Assembly: GCA_951406725.2 (NCBI GenBank)
Contig: OX597814.1
Location: forward strand, 178,622,001 to 178,686,000
Origin: Octopus vulgaris
Taxonomy: Eukaryota
DNA length: 64,000 nucleotides
Reading direction: 5' to 3'
Both the position numbers and the translations under genes were made by a program. Of the stretch, positions 27,411-41,161 are shown piece by piece; position 1 is the first letter of the stretch, and the number at the start of each line of letters is the position of its first letter. The notes below the pieces were generated by a model. It was not told the DNA's origin, made no database searches, and was given only the letters and a program-made list of their open reading frames with translations.

Positions 27411-27445
27411 GTTTCTGACGAAGAGCTCCGCTCGAAACGTTGAAC
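27411..27445 (+). ncRNA. Minimal type I hammerhead motif in a PLE pseudo-LTR fragment (~27360-27550)
   Basis: GTTT-CTGACGA-A-GAGC-TCC-GCTC-GAAA-CG-TT-GAAC. Palindromic AACGTT stem III. The element ends in (TA)n. Confidence 0.7.
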
Positions 27446-27544
27446 CCTCCTTCTTTCCTTCTTTCCTGAGCGTCCAATAATACTATACTTGTTCCACGTC
27501 CTCGCGTTGATGTGTTTTCTCTTTGTGTTTTCATGTTTGGATTA

Positions 27545-27598
<54 letters not shown>

Positions 27599-27724
27599 TG
27601 TGTATGTGTGTGTATTGAACATGTTTAAATGGCACTATCCCTTTAAATGGACTATCCCTTGCTTTAGTCCATGTAAAAATCTAAAAGGCTCTAAACTATT
27701 TACCACATTTCAATCTATAATATT

Positions 27725-28173
27725 GATTTAAAATTTTTACCCGAGACTAGCAATTTCTGGGAGTGGGCAATTCGATTACATCGAAGCTAGTGGTCAACTG
27801 ATACTTATTTTATAGACCATCAAAAGATGAAAGACAAAGCCCATTGCAGTGGGATTTGAACTCAGAACGTTAAGTCAGGAGAAATGTGCAAAGCAATTTT
27901 CCGTCGCGGTAACAATTCTGTCAGGCGGCTGCCATATTTCAAAACATAATATTGGTTTCAAATTTTGGAACAGTGCCAGATATTTTGGGTCCAGGTGTAA
28001 TGTTAGTCTATTATATTGACTGCAGTGCTGAATTGCTATTCAATTTATCGAACCAGAAAGGATGAAAAGTAAAAATCAACCTCAGTGGAATTTAAACTCA
28101 GAACGCTAAGACGGACGAAAGACCAGTAAGCATTTGATCTGGTAAGCTAACGATTCAAGCAATTCGCCACCTT
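27725..28173 (-). mobile_element. Two tandem diverged SINE family B copies
   Basis: Twice GAAAGGATGAAA..GGAATTTGAACTCAGAACG-type motif. Confidence 0.75.
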
Positions 28174-28231
28174 AGTTCAAGCTATAATTATTATTATCAA
28201 TTTACATATCATGCAAATACATTTAATAATA

Positions 28232-28366
28232 CAGGAGTGGCGGTGTGGTAATTAGCTTGCTTACAAACCACATGGTCCTGGGTTCACTGCGTGGTACCTT
28301 GGCAAGTGTCTTCTGCTATAGACTCGGGCCGACCAAAGCTTTGTATGTGGATTTGGGAGACGGAAA
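28232..28366 (+). mobile_element. SINE family A 5' part
   Basis: CAGGAGTGGCGGTGTGGTAA..CCACATGGTCCTGGGTTCA..GGCAAGTGTCTTC. Confidence 0.85.
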
Positions 28367-28668
28367 GTGGAGCTACATGGCCTAGTGGTTAGAGCAGCGG
28401 ACTCGCGGTCGAGGGATCGCGAGTTCGAATCTCAGAACAGTCGATGTGTGTGTTTATGAACGAAACACCTAAGCTCCACGCAACTGCGGCGGAAGGTAAT
28501 GGCGAACTTCTCCTGATTCTTTCGCCACAACTTTCTCTCACTCTTTGCTCCTGCATCTTGCAGCTCACCTGCGACGGACCGACGTCCCGTCCAATTGGGG
28601 AACCTATACGCCAAGGAAACCGGAAAACCGGCCCTAATGTGTCAGGCGTGGCTCGAGAAGGAACAAAT
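28367..28668 (+). mobile_element. SINE family C, full length, abutting or nested in a family A copy
   Basis: A box TGGCCTAGTGG, B box GTTCGAATC, V-like core GCGACGGACCGACGTCCCGTCC..GGAAACCGGAAAACCGGCCC. Confidence 0.9.
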
Positions 28669-30529
28669 AATATAATTGTCAAAGTTGTATGGTACCGTCT
28701 TAATCACTATTAGACTATCAAAATATTTTTATCTAACTGCAAAATACAATGCCATTAAATATCGTTACGTTATTTTAAAACGATATAAAACAATATAAAA
28801 CAAATTAATATAAATTTTGTCACAAATCGTTTCTGTAGTGTTAATGGAGTTACGGTTTCGAACGTAAGCACTTTAGCACAAGGGACGTAATCGAGTTATT
28901 TCAAGTGACTTAAATATGTCACTAAGATCATGTAGGCATGTAAGAATGCTATGTCAAGTCAAAATGCAATTATATACAATGTATGTATGTATGTATAAAA
29001 ATTGCATTTTTGTTTATTCACTCTACAAGTCCTCACATGGGTAAACACGGAAAATACAGTTCTTAAAATTTGGCTTTGTGCCAAATTTTAAGAACCGGTT
29101 CAAGTCAACTAGATCGATCCCAGTGCTAATGAGGAAAGGTATACTTCTACATTTCTACTTTGCTCAACAACATTAATCAAACATTTATCGTATTTTTCCT
29201 TCAGCATCGTTCTTCTTACACTGCCGCGTTTTGTTGTCTTGTGTCTTATTTAAATCGTTGTAGACATATGTTTTATTATACCGAAAAAACCTTTATTTTA
29301 TCTAGTAACGTTATAAATAGACCTCGTATTTTTATTTTAGTAGCTACGCTTAACCATACACCCTTATTTATTTTCCTCCCTCGTCGCTTAGATTAGATCG
29401 TGCCTTTGGAATGCTCAGTTCCTTCCAAGCTTGTCAAAGAGCAGGTGATTCATCTGGTCAAACGACTGACACCATAGTTAAATCCAATGGAGATGCATAA
29501 ATACATTCTACTATTTATTGATAAATTCTACTATATTTATGTATACAACTTCCATATAATTGCTTACATGTCTCCCATGAATGAGTTCAATGCATAACTT
29601 AAACGAGCTTTTCGAATGCTCAGTTATCAGGCACTTGTCATGGGAATTTGATAGTATTTTTTTAGAACATTAACATAAGTGTCCAACTTATTTAAATATC
29701 TATATACCAAATGATTGCTGTCGTCAAAATTTTCTTTATCGCTACTGAATATTCCTTCCCAAAATATTCCTTTTTGCACTTTCATACAACTATCAACAGA
29801 AAGAAAGGTATTTCATTATATATACACACACACACATACACTTACGCGCAGACACAGACAGACACACAAACACATATATACTCTCACGAACACATGCAAG
29901 CACAGACACACTCTCAGACACTCATATACATAAATTAAGAGAGCATATTAGTGTGTGCACATGTGTACATGGCTAAGCGTTGTAGCATTGTTTCAAGTAT
30001 GAGCCTTAGGTATCGCTATTATATATATTTAATCTCACACCGACATATGCATTCATGTGTATGAACAAGCCTATGCACTTCTCCTTGTCTGCATGTGCGA
30101 CTGTCTGTGTGATTTTCTCATTCTATATATGTATAAGTCGCGTGCCTGCGTTGTGTGTTGATGTGTGTATTATTATATATATTTTTAGTAATATTTGCAT
30201 GTCTATACGACAAGCTGACATAGGAAAATACATATACGAATACAGACAAATATGTGCATATGCAGGCATGTGTTTGCGCGTTCATGAATTTATTTAACAA
30301 TATAGATCTGATGTAAAGGATTATGTCAATGCTGATATATAATATAATTATTTGCATTTGCGTATCACACGGTATATATTACTAGTATATACTCGTTTGC
30401 GTATATGTATTCATGAACATTCAACTATTCTGCACATTCTTCGCCTTGCATGTACAAACAACAAATCATCCTTCAATGACTGATGGAGGCGTTTATGGAT
30501 GTATGAAATTATTTATGCATACATATATG

Positions 30530-30599
<70 letters not shown>

Positions 30600-31429
30600 T
30601 AGGTAAATATGTTCACACGATATTTTTACATAATTTTATTGAGAAGTGATATGCATGTGTGTGTCTGTGCGCACGCATAAACACACGCACACACACACAT
30701 ATACATACACGCGTATACATATCTATCTCGTGCGTCTGCGGGTATGTGTGCGTATATGTTTCAATATACTTACATGCGTATGTTTGTAGCAAACTTTGAA
30801 AAAGATCAGATCGCCAAAGCATTAAGTCATTTATAAAAGCTCGTTTGGGAAAGTGGCATGCACATATAATCAGAAAAGATGACAACAGAATCGTTAAACA
30901 GTCAAACGAAGGCAAATATTCAAAACATAAAGCAACAGCGAATTACAGAGAACGCCATTAAGTGCCTCTTGAGAAATGGAACGTTGCCGGGAATAATCGA
31001 AAAAGCGTTGTCAGGGCCGTTTTGCTATTAGGAATAAATGTAATGAGCAAGAAGCTGCCAGGCTGTGGTGATATGATTTGAATCATTCAAAAATAAGAGT
31101 CATACTAAGGTTTGCAGCATTCACATCGTGTTCTTCCAATAATATCTTAGAAAAGGAAAAGGTAATATTTTAAAGTAACTTATATACTCGGTAATTAATT
31201 CTTGCTGTCGTGGGAGTGTGAAAAAAAGCTGCGGTATTACGTTTTTCATTGGATCTTTATTGCATTATACATACACACATTAACTCATATAAACATATAC
31301 ATATATATTAATATATGCGTGAAAGAATGTATGTGTGTGTGTGTGTGTGTACGACGGGTTCTTACTCAGTTACATCTATCAAATGATTGCAAAGCTAATT
31401 TCTATCTCTCTCTCTCTCTTTCTCTCTCT

Positions 31430-31465
<36 letters not shown>

Positions 31466-31501
31466 CTGTAAATGTAAATGTAACAATTATTCGGTAGGCA
31501 T

Positions 31502-31562
31502 GATAAAACTCCGAATTTCAGATGCCGAGGTGGAAATCCACGCCGCCATCTCTTCAGTTATC
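31502..31562 (-). ncRNA. Type I hammerhead motif near the (TA)n end of a PLE-like insert (~31465-32000)
   Basis: Minus: GATAA-CTGAAGA-GATGGCGGCGTGG...CCACCTCGGCATCT-GAAA-TTCGGAG-TT-TTATC. Confidence 0.7.
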
Positions 31563-34500
31563 CGGCCATCGGAAAAATACTATGAAAAATGACCGTTATA
31601 AAAAGAGAAATTACTGTGTGACTGAACGTTATTAAGAAAAAAGGGCTATTTGAATGACCACTAAGTGAGGAGAGGAAGTAAAAGTAAGGGGGTAAAGAGT
31701 TCATAGTATTCGCGTAAGCGCGCCTGTTCCTACCTACTCATGTGCGGCCGCACACCCTCGTGCGTGCGCCTAAAGCTATACATTCATTCACACTCACTTA
31801 AAAACGTACACATCCTCACTTCCATCCTTCACCAAAAGTATATGCATATACATACAAGCCCACACACACACACGCGCGCACCATAAAGGTTCATAAACAC
31901 CTCTACATATGCACAAGCACAGGAAGAACAGGGTTAAGGGTAACAATAGAGAAAAAAGGCATAAGGGAATATACAAAGAATAAACCATAAATAATTAGAT
32001 AAACGTCATGCACCGTGTCTTATGATATATTAACTTAAAGACCATAAACGAAGAATCGAACTAATTCCTATTTAAATCGACCGTTATTTGATGTAGTTAA
32101 AATATATTAATGTTTGTTAAATGACTTCCAGCTCTCAGATTCATACTTTACATTCCAAGGAAGGAATTGTTTTATGTATTTATAATAACGGTTATTCAAT
32201 TTTATTGAAATCAAAACTTGTATGTTGTAAATTGCATAAGAAAATGTTGCATTTTTCGTTAGTTTAAATAGAGATTTTTGTAGCGTTTACCATTGGTGAC
32301 TCATATCGTCATTTGTAAAGTGAAACTTAGAGGAATTAAAAAGAACTAAGCTCAATGGTTAACATGTAACACAGTATTATCTCTTTCAATTACATATGCC
32401 TAGAATTCATGATGCAAATAAAGAATAACATTGCGTTTATATGTCCTAAAAAAGCTTATTGTTCAGTATATTTTTGAAAGCATAATAGATTAGCTTTGAT
32501 GCAATATTTATCTTGTTATTGCTCTATTTTCTGATACCAATCTTGGAACATGTCAATTTTACGCCTGTACTCGGCATTAATACTGGTTAAGATGAAATAT
32601 TCAAAATACAACATAAAAAAATCTTTATGAAATACACAAACATATATACGCGCGCTGTATACATAACCGTATTACGTCAATATTGTCTGGTCATGTATTG
32701 AAAATATGGCGTTGTTTGTGATAAAGTATCAAATGTGTATAGTATTGTTAAGCTGTTCTCTGACATTACTGGAATGCAGAAAGTGTTGAATGAGAGGATA
32801 CGTTGCTTAATAAATCAGTAAGACTATCAGTGATATACTGTAATATAATGTAATATATTATTTAATGATGCACATACTTTGCACTAATGTATATTGCAGT
32901 GCATACGTTTATAGCATAATGTAGTAGTATAATAATTATTTACTTTACACTTTAAAAGTGCTAAGTATTTTTAAAGATAACAAAAATTTCCAGATGATAT
33001 GATTTGGCATACTTTATGTAAAATATTTACTATTATGGTCACAAAATATGATTCCGAATAATTAATTTCTGACATGGTTTAATGTGGTATCACATGTGAG
33101 GAACCGTGGAATATTAAATATAGTTGAACTTATGTACTTTTGAAATACAAATCACGGAGACGAAATTCGTGCTTCCCAAAATGCGTTCTGCTCATTAGAT
33201 GTTTTTGTGTGAGTATGTGAGTATAAACGTGGTAATTGGTATTTGTGTTTAAGTGTGTGTGTGTGTGTGTGTGCGTGTGTGTGTGTGTGTACGTTTTCCG
33301 GGAAGATTGTTCGTGCACGCTGATACATAGTTGAGTGCATGCATATGTGAGTCTGTGTGTTGGCGAGGTAGAGAGAGATAAATAGAAATAGAATTGCTGT
33401 ACTTTGTCGGTGTATTGCAATTACAATGAGTATACACTAATGATGTATATTGTGAGAGCGTATATATGTTGTGAAGTAAGCTGTGGTGGTGGTGCTGCTG
33501 TTGCTGCTAATGACACTAGAGACAGTAATGGCGGTGGTGGAAAAGCCAATGATACTTCTATGTGTGTTTGTGTGTGTATCTGTGCACATGTGTGTGTGTG
33601 TGTGTGGCTTTGTAGGTGTGTGCGCGCCGTTCGTAGGTGTGTAGAGTTACTGACAATAGTTTTATATCTAAAAATTAGTCTTTGATATAGCGTGATATCC
33701 CTTGTTAATATCACTTAATTGTTTCTCATCATATCCTATTAACACCCTTATCGCAAGTTTCGATACATCTCGATTATATTCTTTTGATATAACAAGATGA
33801 AAAGGTCTGGATATCTCAAAGTCGTAATATATTATATATGTCGTGTTTATTAGCTAACTCAAATCGAACCAATGTCTGACTTAGCGGAAATCGTGATTCT
33901 GATAGGAATCAAAAACAGAAAAATGAATGAAAAAGAATGAGTTGAGAGTGGTCGAAGGGGTTTTGTTGGGGATGGAAGGTATTAGTTTTAAATAACATCT
34001 TGTATTAAATGAAATCGAATTCTTACTTTTAAGTAAAATAATTTGTCACTATAACAGATGGAAGACATGAGACTGTTCGACGCCCATATATCTCTTACAA
34101 GCGAACCCGGTCCTTCAATAATTTTTAAAAATCTTTCTTCTTGTTTATTCTAGCGTCCTAAATCGTGGTGCGTCTCACAATGCTGCGCCTGGGATCTTTG
34201 TCTCATATTAGCTTTAGTAGATCCTCAATTTCATGCTGTGTGTCTCTGCTAGTAATAACAATGCAGTTGAGGGATATTCATCTCCTATTAATGTGCGGAA
34301 GCGTCCAAACAAAATATCATTTGATTTGGCCTGTTATTCAGTACAAACCAGTGATCAGGACAGAATACTTTGCGTTGAGTAATAAGAGTTGAAATTAATG
34401 GCGTATTTTCATAAAACTCCTCTTTGGCCTTGTGCTCACGTCATGAAATGCTTTGGATATCCATTACAAACTTGTGTATGTACGAAAAACGGGACTTTTT

Positions 34501-34604
34501 AAATCGAAACTAAAAACACGAGATGTTTCTTTGGTTGGTTATGAACTATGAATAGTTTGTATATCTGATGTAAAATAAAATCATATTAATTGCAAAATAA
34601 TTAG

Positions 34605-34666
<62 letters not shown>

Positions 34667-35639
34667 GGGGAGAGAGAGAGAGAGAGAGAGAGAAAGGGAG
34701 CTCGTTGATGTGCATTGAAAGAGACCTCATTGATATGCATTGAATTACTCTTGTCTGGAAGTAAGATTTCGGTCCAAGAAAAAGGTGGCAAAAAATGCAG
34801 TTTCTTCCTTTTAACATTTGTTGAAGTTATTCAATGATGCTATTCAAGCGGGGAAAGGAGTGATCCTTTGATTTTCGCAGTTTAACTCCACCTGCTAGAC
34901 TGAGAATGCAGATCGGAGAATATCTTTATTGAAAACGTAGTCAAGTTATTTTAACACTATGGCAGTAGGGAAATAGATTAGGGATGCAATTTCATCCATT
35001 TTTTTCGAAGATAATACTTCAAAGGATGATGAGCGTCTGAGAGAGAAACACATTTTTCGAATGTAAGTGAAAGGATTATGATAGTCAGAATATCAATAGC
35101 TGTGAGAGGTATACCAATCACAGTGCGAAAACATAGTGCATTTGATGGACAGAGTTGTTGCGGATTTGTGAATGAATTTTTGCTATTCAGTTATATGACT
35201 GTTTTAAATTTGATCACAGTAGTCATAGTAGGCACACAACAGCTAATATGACTTTCTGAATAAACCACTTGACGAAAAAACACTTTATTAGTAGCATGGC
35301 CTGCTTGGTTATGGACCATGTATCATGAAGCACCATTCTCATATAATTTTTCCCATGTTTGATCTGCAGTGATTTAATTAGTTATTACACCTTTTTCTAA
35401 CATTCGAACAGTGCTATATTGTAAGTCGCACCTGAATGTTTTGTGAAAAGTTAGCCAATAATTTAGACTGAAATATTTCCTAGTGACAGAGAAAAAAAAT
35501 TATTATTGGGAAAGTATTTTTGATAATGACTTATAAGTGAAGTTGCCATGAGAGAACATAGAACTCAATACTAAAACTTTTCATCGAATTGGAAAATTTT
35601 GAATGTGCTACTGTTCATGACTGAGAGGAAAAGAGGGAG

Positions 35640-35672
<33 letters not shown>

Positions 35673-36127
35673 GGTGGTGGTGCTGAAGGAGATTTCGTTA
35701 TGTGGTCCCACTGGAAAATGATTTTGTGGTTTCTGCTCTTCTGCTCATGGAAGCTCTACAGGTCTAGTTGGAAATTAATAGATTTGCGTGTGCAAGACAC
35801 CTGTGTGCGAAACCTTAACGATGATGGATTAATGAATGTTAAGTTTTGCATGAGAGTGCAGAATTTTAGGAATAACAGTGTGTATATAACATTACTATAG
35901 CGAAGAACATGCCCTTACGATGCAGAGAAGTAAGAAATTACGATACCGAGGAAAAAATGGGGAGATATAATCAAATAATAGTCTACTATGCCGACAGAAT
36001 GTAGAATGTCTAGTACAGAAAATTTCTTTTGTGTAAATTCATTATTTCATCGATATTCCTTTTTGTATTATAAGGCTACAAACACACTCTGCTCTACTGA
36101 TTTTAATCTTTTATATTTTTTTTATTG

Positions 36128-36224
36128 CCGATCCGCTAAGTTACGGGGACATAAACACACCAGCACCGGTTGTCAAACTGTGGTAGGAGACAGGCACAAA
36201 TACAAAACACACATGCACATAGAC

Positions 36225-36255
<31 letters not shown>

Positions 36256-36373
36256 CGACGGGCTTCTTTCAGTTTTCGTCTCCCGAATCCCCCCATAAAG
36301 CTTTGGTCGGCACGGAGCTATATTAGAAGACACTTACCTACGGAGCCACGAGGTGGGACTGAACCCCGAACCA
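36128..36373 (-). mobile_element. SINE family A internal fragment
   Basis: CCGCTAAGTTACGGGGAC..CACCAGCA..CGACGGGCTTCTTTCAGTTT..GTGGGACTGAACCC. Confidence 0.85.
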
Positions 36374-36734
36374 TATCGTCTTGTAAATATATACGTTAAA
36401 TATAAGGCAGATTACGACAGTCAAGAAATGTTTAGTGTCGACAGAACGATTTTACTGTGAAGAAGTATGCTTCGAAACAGAGTAGCTTGGGTTTGACCCT
36501 AGTATAGAGTTATTTGGCAAATAGTTGTGTTCACCAATGTTTCGTATTGATGAAGTGTTAGGATTCTCATTTTGTGGTTTAAAAAGACGCGAGAAAGAGC
36601 GAGAAAAGAAGCAAAGGAACTAACCAATGATAAGTATTTGCAAGTAGGATGAGTTAAAAGAAAGCGAAAGATGTAGTTTAAATATCAAAAGGCTTCACGA
36701 TAACAGCGGAGAACAAAGATTTTGCTACTTTTAG

Positions 36735-37800
36735 CAAGTGTTTTAGACTTCAGATTTAATCGAGAATGCTGATTTCGAATCCGCACTCAGAATTGTTGTA
36801 AACGTCACCCTTTTCAAGCCTAGCCAGGCTCATGGGCCCGGTTTCCCGGTTTCTGTGGCGTATGTGTTCCCCCTAGCCGGACGGGACGCCAGTCCATCGC
36901 ATCGTTACTCAAGAAACAGGAAGAGAGAGTGAGAGAAAGTTGTGGCGGAAGAATACCACAGGCGTCGCCACCACCACCTGCCGGAACATCGTTGAGCTTT
37001 TAGGTGTTTTCGCTCAATAAACACACACAACGCCCGGTCTGGGAATCAAAGCTGCGATCCTCCGACCGCGAGTCCGCTGCCCTAACAACTGGGCCTTTGC
37101 GCCTCCACCAGAATTGTAGCACGTCAGAATTTTGAGTTATGCGTATGCGCAAGTATGCTCATTATTTAGGTTAGTGGTGGATGGTGCTGACGTATTGTGT
37201 GCAATGACACATACACCAGTTTGTTCTTGGTAACTCTCATTGTCGTTTGCGCTGCCGTTACGTATGGTGTGTGTATCTCTCGCTCAGCGTGATTATAGTT
37301 TTAATTGTGTCCATTGTGTTAGATCATGAATAAGAGAGACTTTGTGAATCACCTAGGCAACTTTTGATATGTCTCTGGCAAATTTGCTTCCCGTGACCAG
37401 CGGAGGAACATTGCCACCAAATTAAAAATTGCCTATAAATATTATTTCGAATGTGAAGTTGGGGACCAAGAAAAGAGGTAGGTCCGTGTGTTACACAATG
37501 GCTGAATGGAAAACGGAAGGAAATGCCTTTTTTCTGTACGAATGGTATGCCGTGAGCCAACCAATCCTGTGGCTGATAGTTACTTTTGCATGACTAATGT
37601 TAGAAGTTTCTTAAAGAAGAGCACATCAAAAATTGTGTATGTAGGTTGTAAGTCGGCTCTAAAACAGATCCCACTTGACTTAGGTAACCCTATCCCAGTT
37701 CCCCTCACACATGCTTCACTTGAAAATCTTGACATGTAGCACGATGAACCCCTGACTCTCCTATCGACGAAGGAGTGCGTCCTACGATAAGGTGGATTAC
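36735..37800 (+). pseudogene. Tc1/mariner m44-like DNA transposon 5' part, decayed, interrupted by a SINE
   Basis: MNKRD.VNH..NF*YVSGKF..QRRNI..K..AYKYYFECEVGDQEK..QWLNGKRKEMPF..MV.REPTN.VAD.YFCM matches the m44-type N-terminal Cys-rich domain. Left end GAATGCTGATTTCGAATCCGCACTCAGAATTG. Confidence 0.7.
36803..37108 (-). mobile_element. SINE family C variant with CAGAATTGT target-site duplication
   Basis: Head GTGGAGGCGCAAAGGCCCAGTTGTTAGGGCAGCGGACTCGCGG. CAGAATTGT occurs at ~36788 and ~37109. Confidence 0.85.
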
Positions 37801-37834
37801 AGGAAATTATTGTAAATAACCCTTCCTTATTTGG

Positions 37835-37960
37835 ATAGAAGGTTAGCAAATTTGGTACTCAACTGCTACTTATTTTATCGACATGATGAAAGACAAAGTC
37901 GACCTCCGCGGTATTTAAAGTCTCAGAACGCAAAGAGTCGGAAACGGTGCCGCTAAGCGT
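37835..37960 (-). mobile_element. SINE family B fragment
   Basis: GATGAAAGACAAAGTCGACCTCCGCGGTATTT..CTCAGAACG. Confidence 0.7.
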
Positions 37961-38285
37961 ATATGTATGTATATATGTATTATGTATGTGTGCATGTATG
38001 TATGTATGTATGTATCTATGTATGTATGTATTTATGTATTATGTATGTATGTATGTGTGTATGTTTGCATGTATGTGTGCATGTATGTGTGTATCTATGT
38101 ATGTATGGATGGATGTATGGATATATGTGTATGCTTGCGTGTATGTATGTATACATACAATAAATCTACTAAAATATTTTTCTCAGAAAATTCCAGTTTC
38201 ATGAGAGATGGATACATGTATACTTCTCTATGTATATGTGCGTGTGAGGTTGTGGTTGAGAGAGAGAGAGAGAGAGAGAGTGAGC

Positions 38286-38324
<39 letters not shown>

Positions 38325-38840
38325 AATGACAGAGCTTGTGTGAGATTTGTTTGCACAAAAATTAGCAGGAACTGAAGTATTTTTTAAGATAAACTCCATA
38401 GGGATGTTGAAACATGGATATAGACTGAATATTAAGGTCATCCATAATGTCATTCATTGTTGTGACAGAGAAATGTAAATGCAAAAGAGCAGGCTACTTG
38501 ACAGAGTGAAAGTGAAAGTCAAAAGCGAAACAAATACTTTAATAGAATATATGATATGCTCAGCTACCATACGTGAATCAAAAATAAATCAGAATATCAC
38601 ATATAAGCGTTAGTATTTTGTATAAATATAGCATTATATTATTTCTATCAGAAGCAAACAGGAGACCACTTGCTGTCATAATTGAATTTACTGAAACCTC
38701 GCTATGGATTGTCTTTCGATCATCCAAATGGCTTCCGATTCTATATTACAAATGAATCTATCTATCTATCTATCAACCTACCTATCTGTCTTTCTCTCTA
38801 TCTGTCTTTCTTTCTACTCACACACAGATGTATAAATATG

Positions 38841-38842
<2 letters not shown>

Positions 38843-38937
<95 letters not shown>
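38843..38937. repeat. (CA)n(TA)n microsatellite
   Basis: Direct. Confidence 0.95.
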
Positions 38938-40209
38938 CCCACATGAAGATACACATTCGCTCTCTCTCTCTCTCTGTATATATATCTGTCTCGTTTACAG
39001 ATTTCAGTAGTCTTGCAGTTCCATGTTTATGCATTGCGAGTTTGTGCAGACGTACAAAGTCAAGATGAAAGTCAATAGAAAGTGAGTTTCTAGTGTGAAA
39101 CAGTTTTATATTTGCTTACATATCTGTGTAGTTAAGAAGAAACGTATTCTCCTTTCGAACACATCAACGTTCGCTTTTAAGGCATTTATACTATTATACA
39201 GTCAGTCAATATCACAGTTACGTATTTATGATTGAGTGCTTTCTGTTTTGATTCTTTCGATGTTGCAAGCTGCGACAGAATTTATTACAAAAATTTATTA
39301 TAAAATGTTCGCCGAATCATTTCAAATCCTTCGTGCTGAATATAAATCAGACCTCCTTTGAATATGAAGTATATATACATATATACATACGTGAGTGCTT
39401 TGCGTTTATGTCTTCCACCAGATTGCTTTGCGTTTATATTTTTCAACGCATGGATACACATGCGTTTCTATTTCTCCGTTTTTCCTTCTCCGTTCTTAAT
39501 TTCTCCATTTGTATCCTAACTTTCAGAAAAAGAGTGTATACTCAAAATGTTAAAGACACTTTCTTCTTGTTCTCTCTCCAATTCATGAGCCTCACTCTAA
39601 TATATTTTTCTATGTTGGTTTTGCACCATCTTTGCACTATACATACATAAATACACATACACACACACACACACACACGCACATTTTATATATAGCTAAC
39701 CTTTAGAAAACCGATCTAAGGTGAATGGTAGTATGACCTAATTCCTTAGAACTACAGCTAGCCATTGTCTACTGTCGTCGTAGTTTAATCTCAATCTATT
39801 TTTAGAAAAGGATCCAAAAGACACAAATGCTGAAAAATACGAAGCATACAAAGGATGCTGCTATCTCACTCTGTATGCAACTCTCCCTGCATTAAGATGT
39901 GAACGAATACATGTCAATTTTTGTCTTGAAGAGATTTTTACATTTTAAATGCATTATGCAGTCTTCATTGCAAAATATGAATGAAGGTTAGAATTTGAAA
40001 CGTACGTAGGCGATATAAAACTGACTATTATATAAATGAATTGATTTTTCCTGTGTTCAAACTCTCCGTTTTCCCTATATTCTATACATACATATGTCCA
40101 ATTCAGTGGTTATAGAAATGAAAATTTATCGGAATGTATGTGTTACGGTTTATGTAACGTAAGACTGTTTAAGCAGGTAGTAAAACTAAACCAAAGGAAT
40201 AAGTCTATA

Positions 40210-40442
40210 TATTACCAGAGTTGCCTTTTAAGTGATTCGTACATGCGATAAAGTATTGATGTCCATATCGATCTCCAGATCGCGATCTCTGTTTGACTCT
40301 GGGATTGCTGCTCCTTCTGGACCAAAGTAACTTTCTTGCGGCGCTGTAGTACAAGCTGGCAGATACCGGAGGGCTTCGAATTTCCCTGGATTAAATTGCA
40401 TGTTGTTTTCTTCAGGCCATTTATATATGGCATCTAGATCTT
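40210..40442 (-). pseudogene. CR1-clade LINE RT fragment
   Basis: DLDAIYKWPEENNMQFNPGKFEALRY...RDLEIDMD. Confidence 0.75.
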
Positions 40443-41002
40443 TATTTATGTATATGTAAACAAAGAGAGAGAGAAAAAAGTGTATGTCTGCGTGTGTGTA
40501 AGACATAGAGAGGGGGTGGCTGGACATATAGACAGTGAAAAGAGAAAAGAACAGAAATAGAGATAGAGATAGATGCACACGGTCTACATAAAGTAATTTA
40601 CAACTCATAAAATTTTAACTCTTTATGGTTCTTAAAGTTTTACTACACTATTTGCCTAATAAAACTTTCCAAAACGAATTTTTATTTAGTATCAAAATAT
40701 TCTCATATAAATCTTTAATAATTCAAATTTTATCTTCTTTTTTTTTTATCTTTCCTTAGGTTTTGTTTGCCACATTGTCGACCACATTATACTATTGTTT
40801 TGTTGTTTCGTAGACTAAATATTGTTTAAGCTGTTTATTTATTATTTTTCTCGCTTGCGAATTTTATTTTACTCTGATATCTTGGTAATATTAGTTTGTT
40901 GATCTTTTGCAAATAAAATGTTTTCTTTATAATTTCTTCAAAACTATATTTTGAAATAAAAAAAACTGTTTCAGAAATATCTATATTACAGATATACCAT
41001 AC

Positions 41003-41046
<44 letters not shown>

Positions 41047-41106
41047 CTATCATATATATATATATAGAGATAAATTTATCATATATATATATATATAGAT
41101 AAATTT

Positions 41107-41161
<55 letters not shown>

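Noticed and set aside
28367-28440. tRNA-Arg gene
   Set aside because: The A/B boxes belong to a SINE head that continues into a repeated SINE body, and there is no proper acceptor stem.
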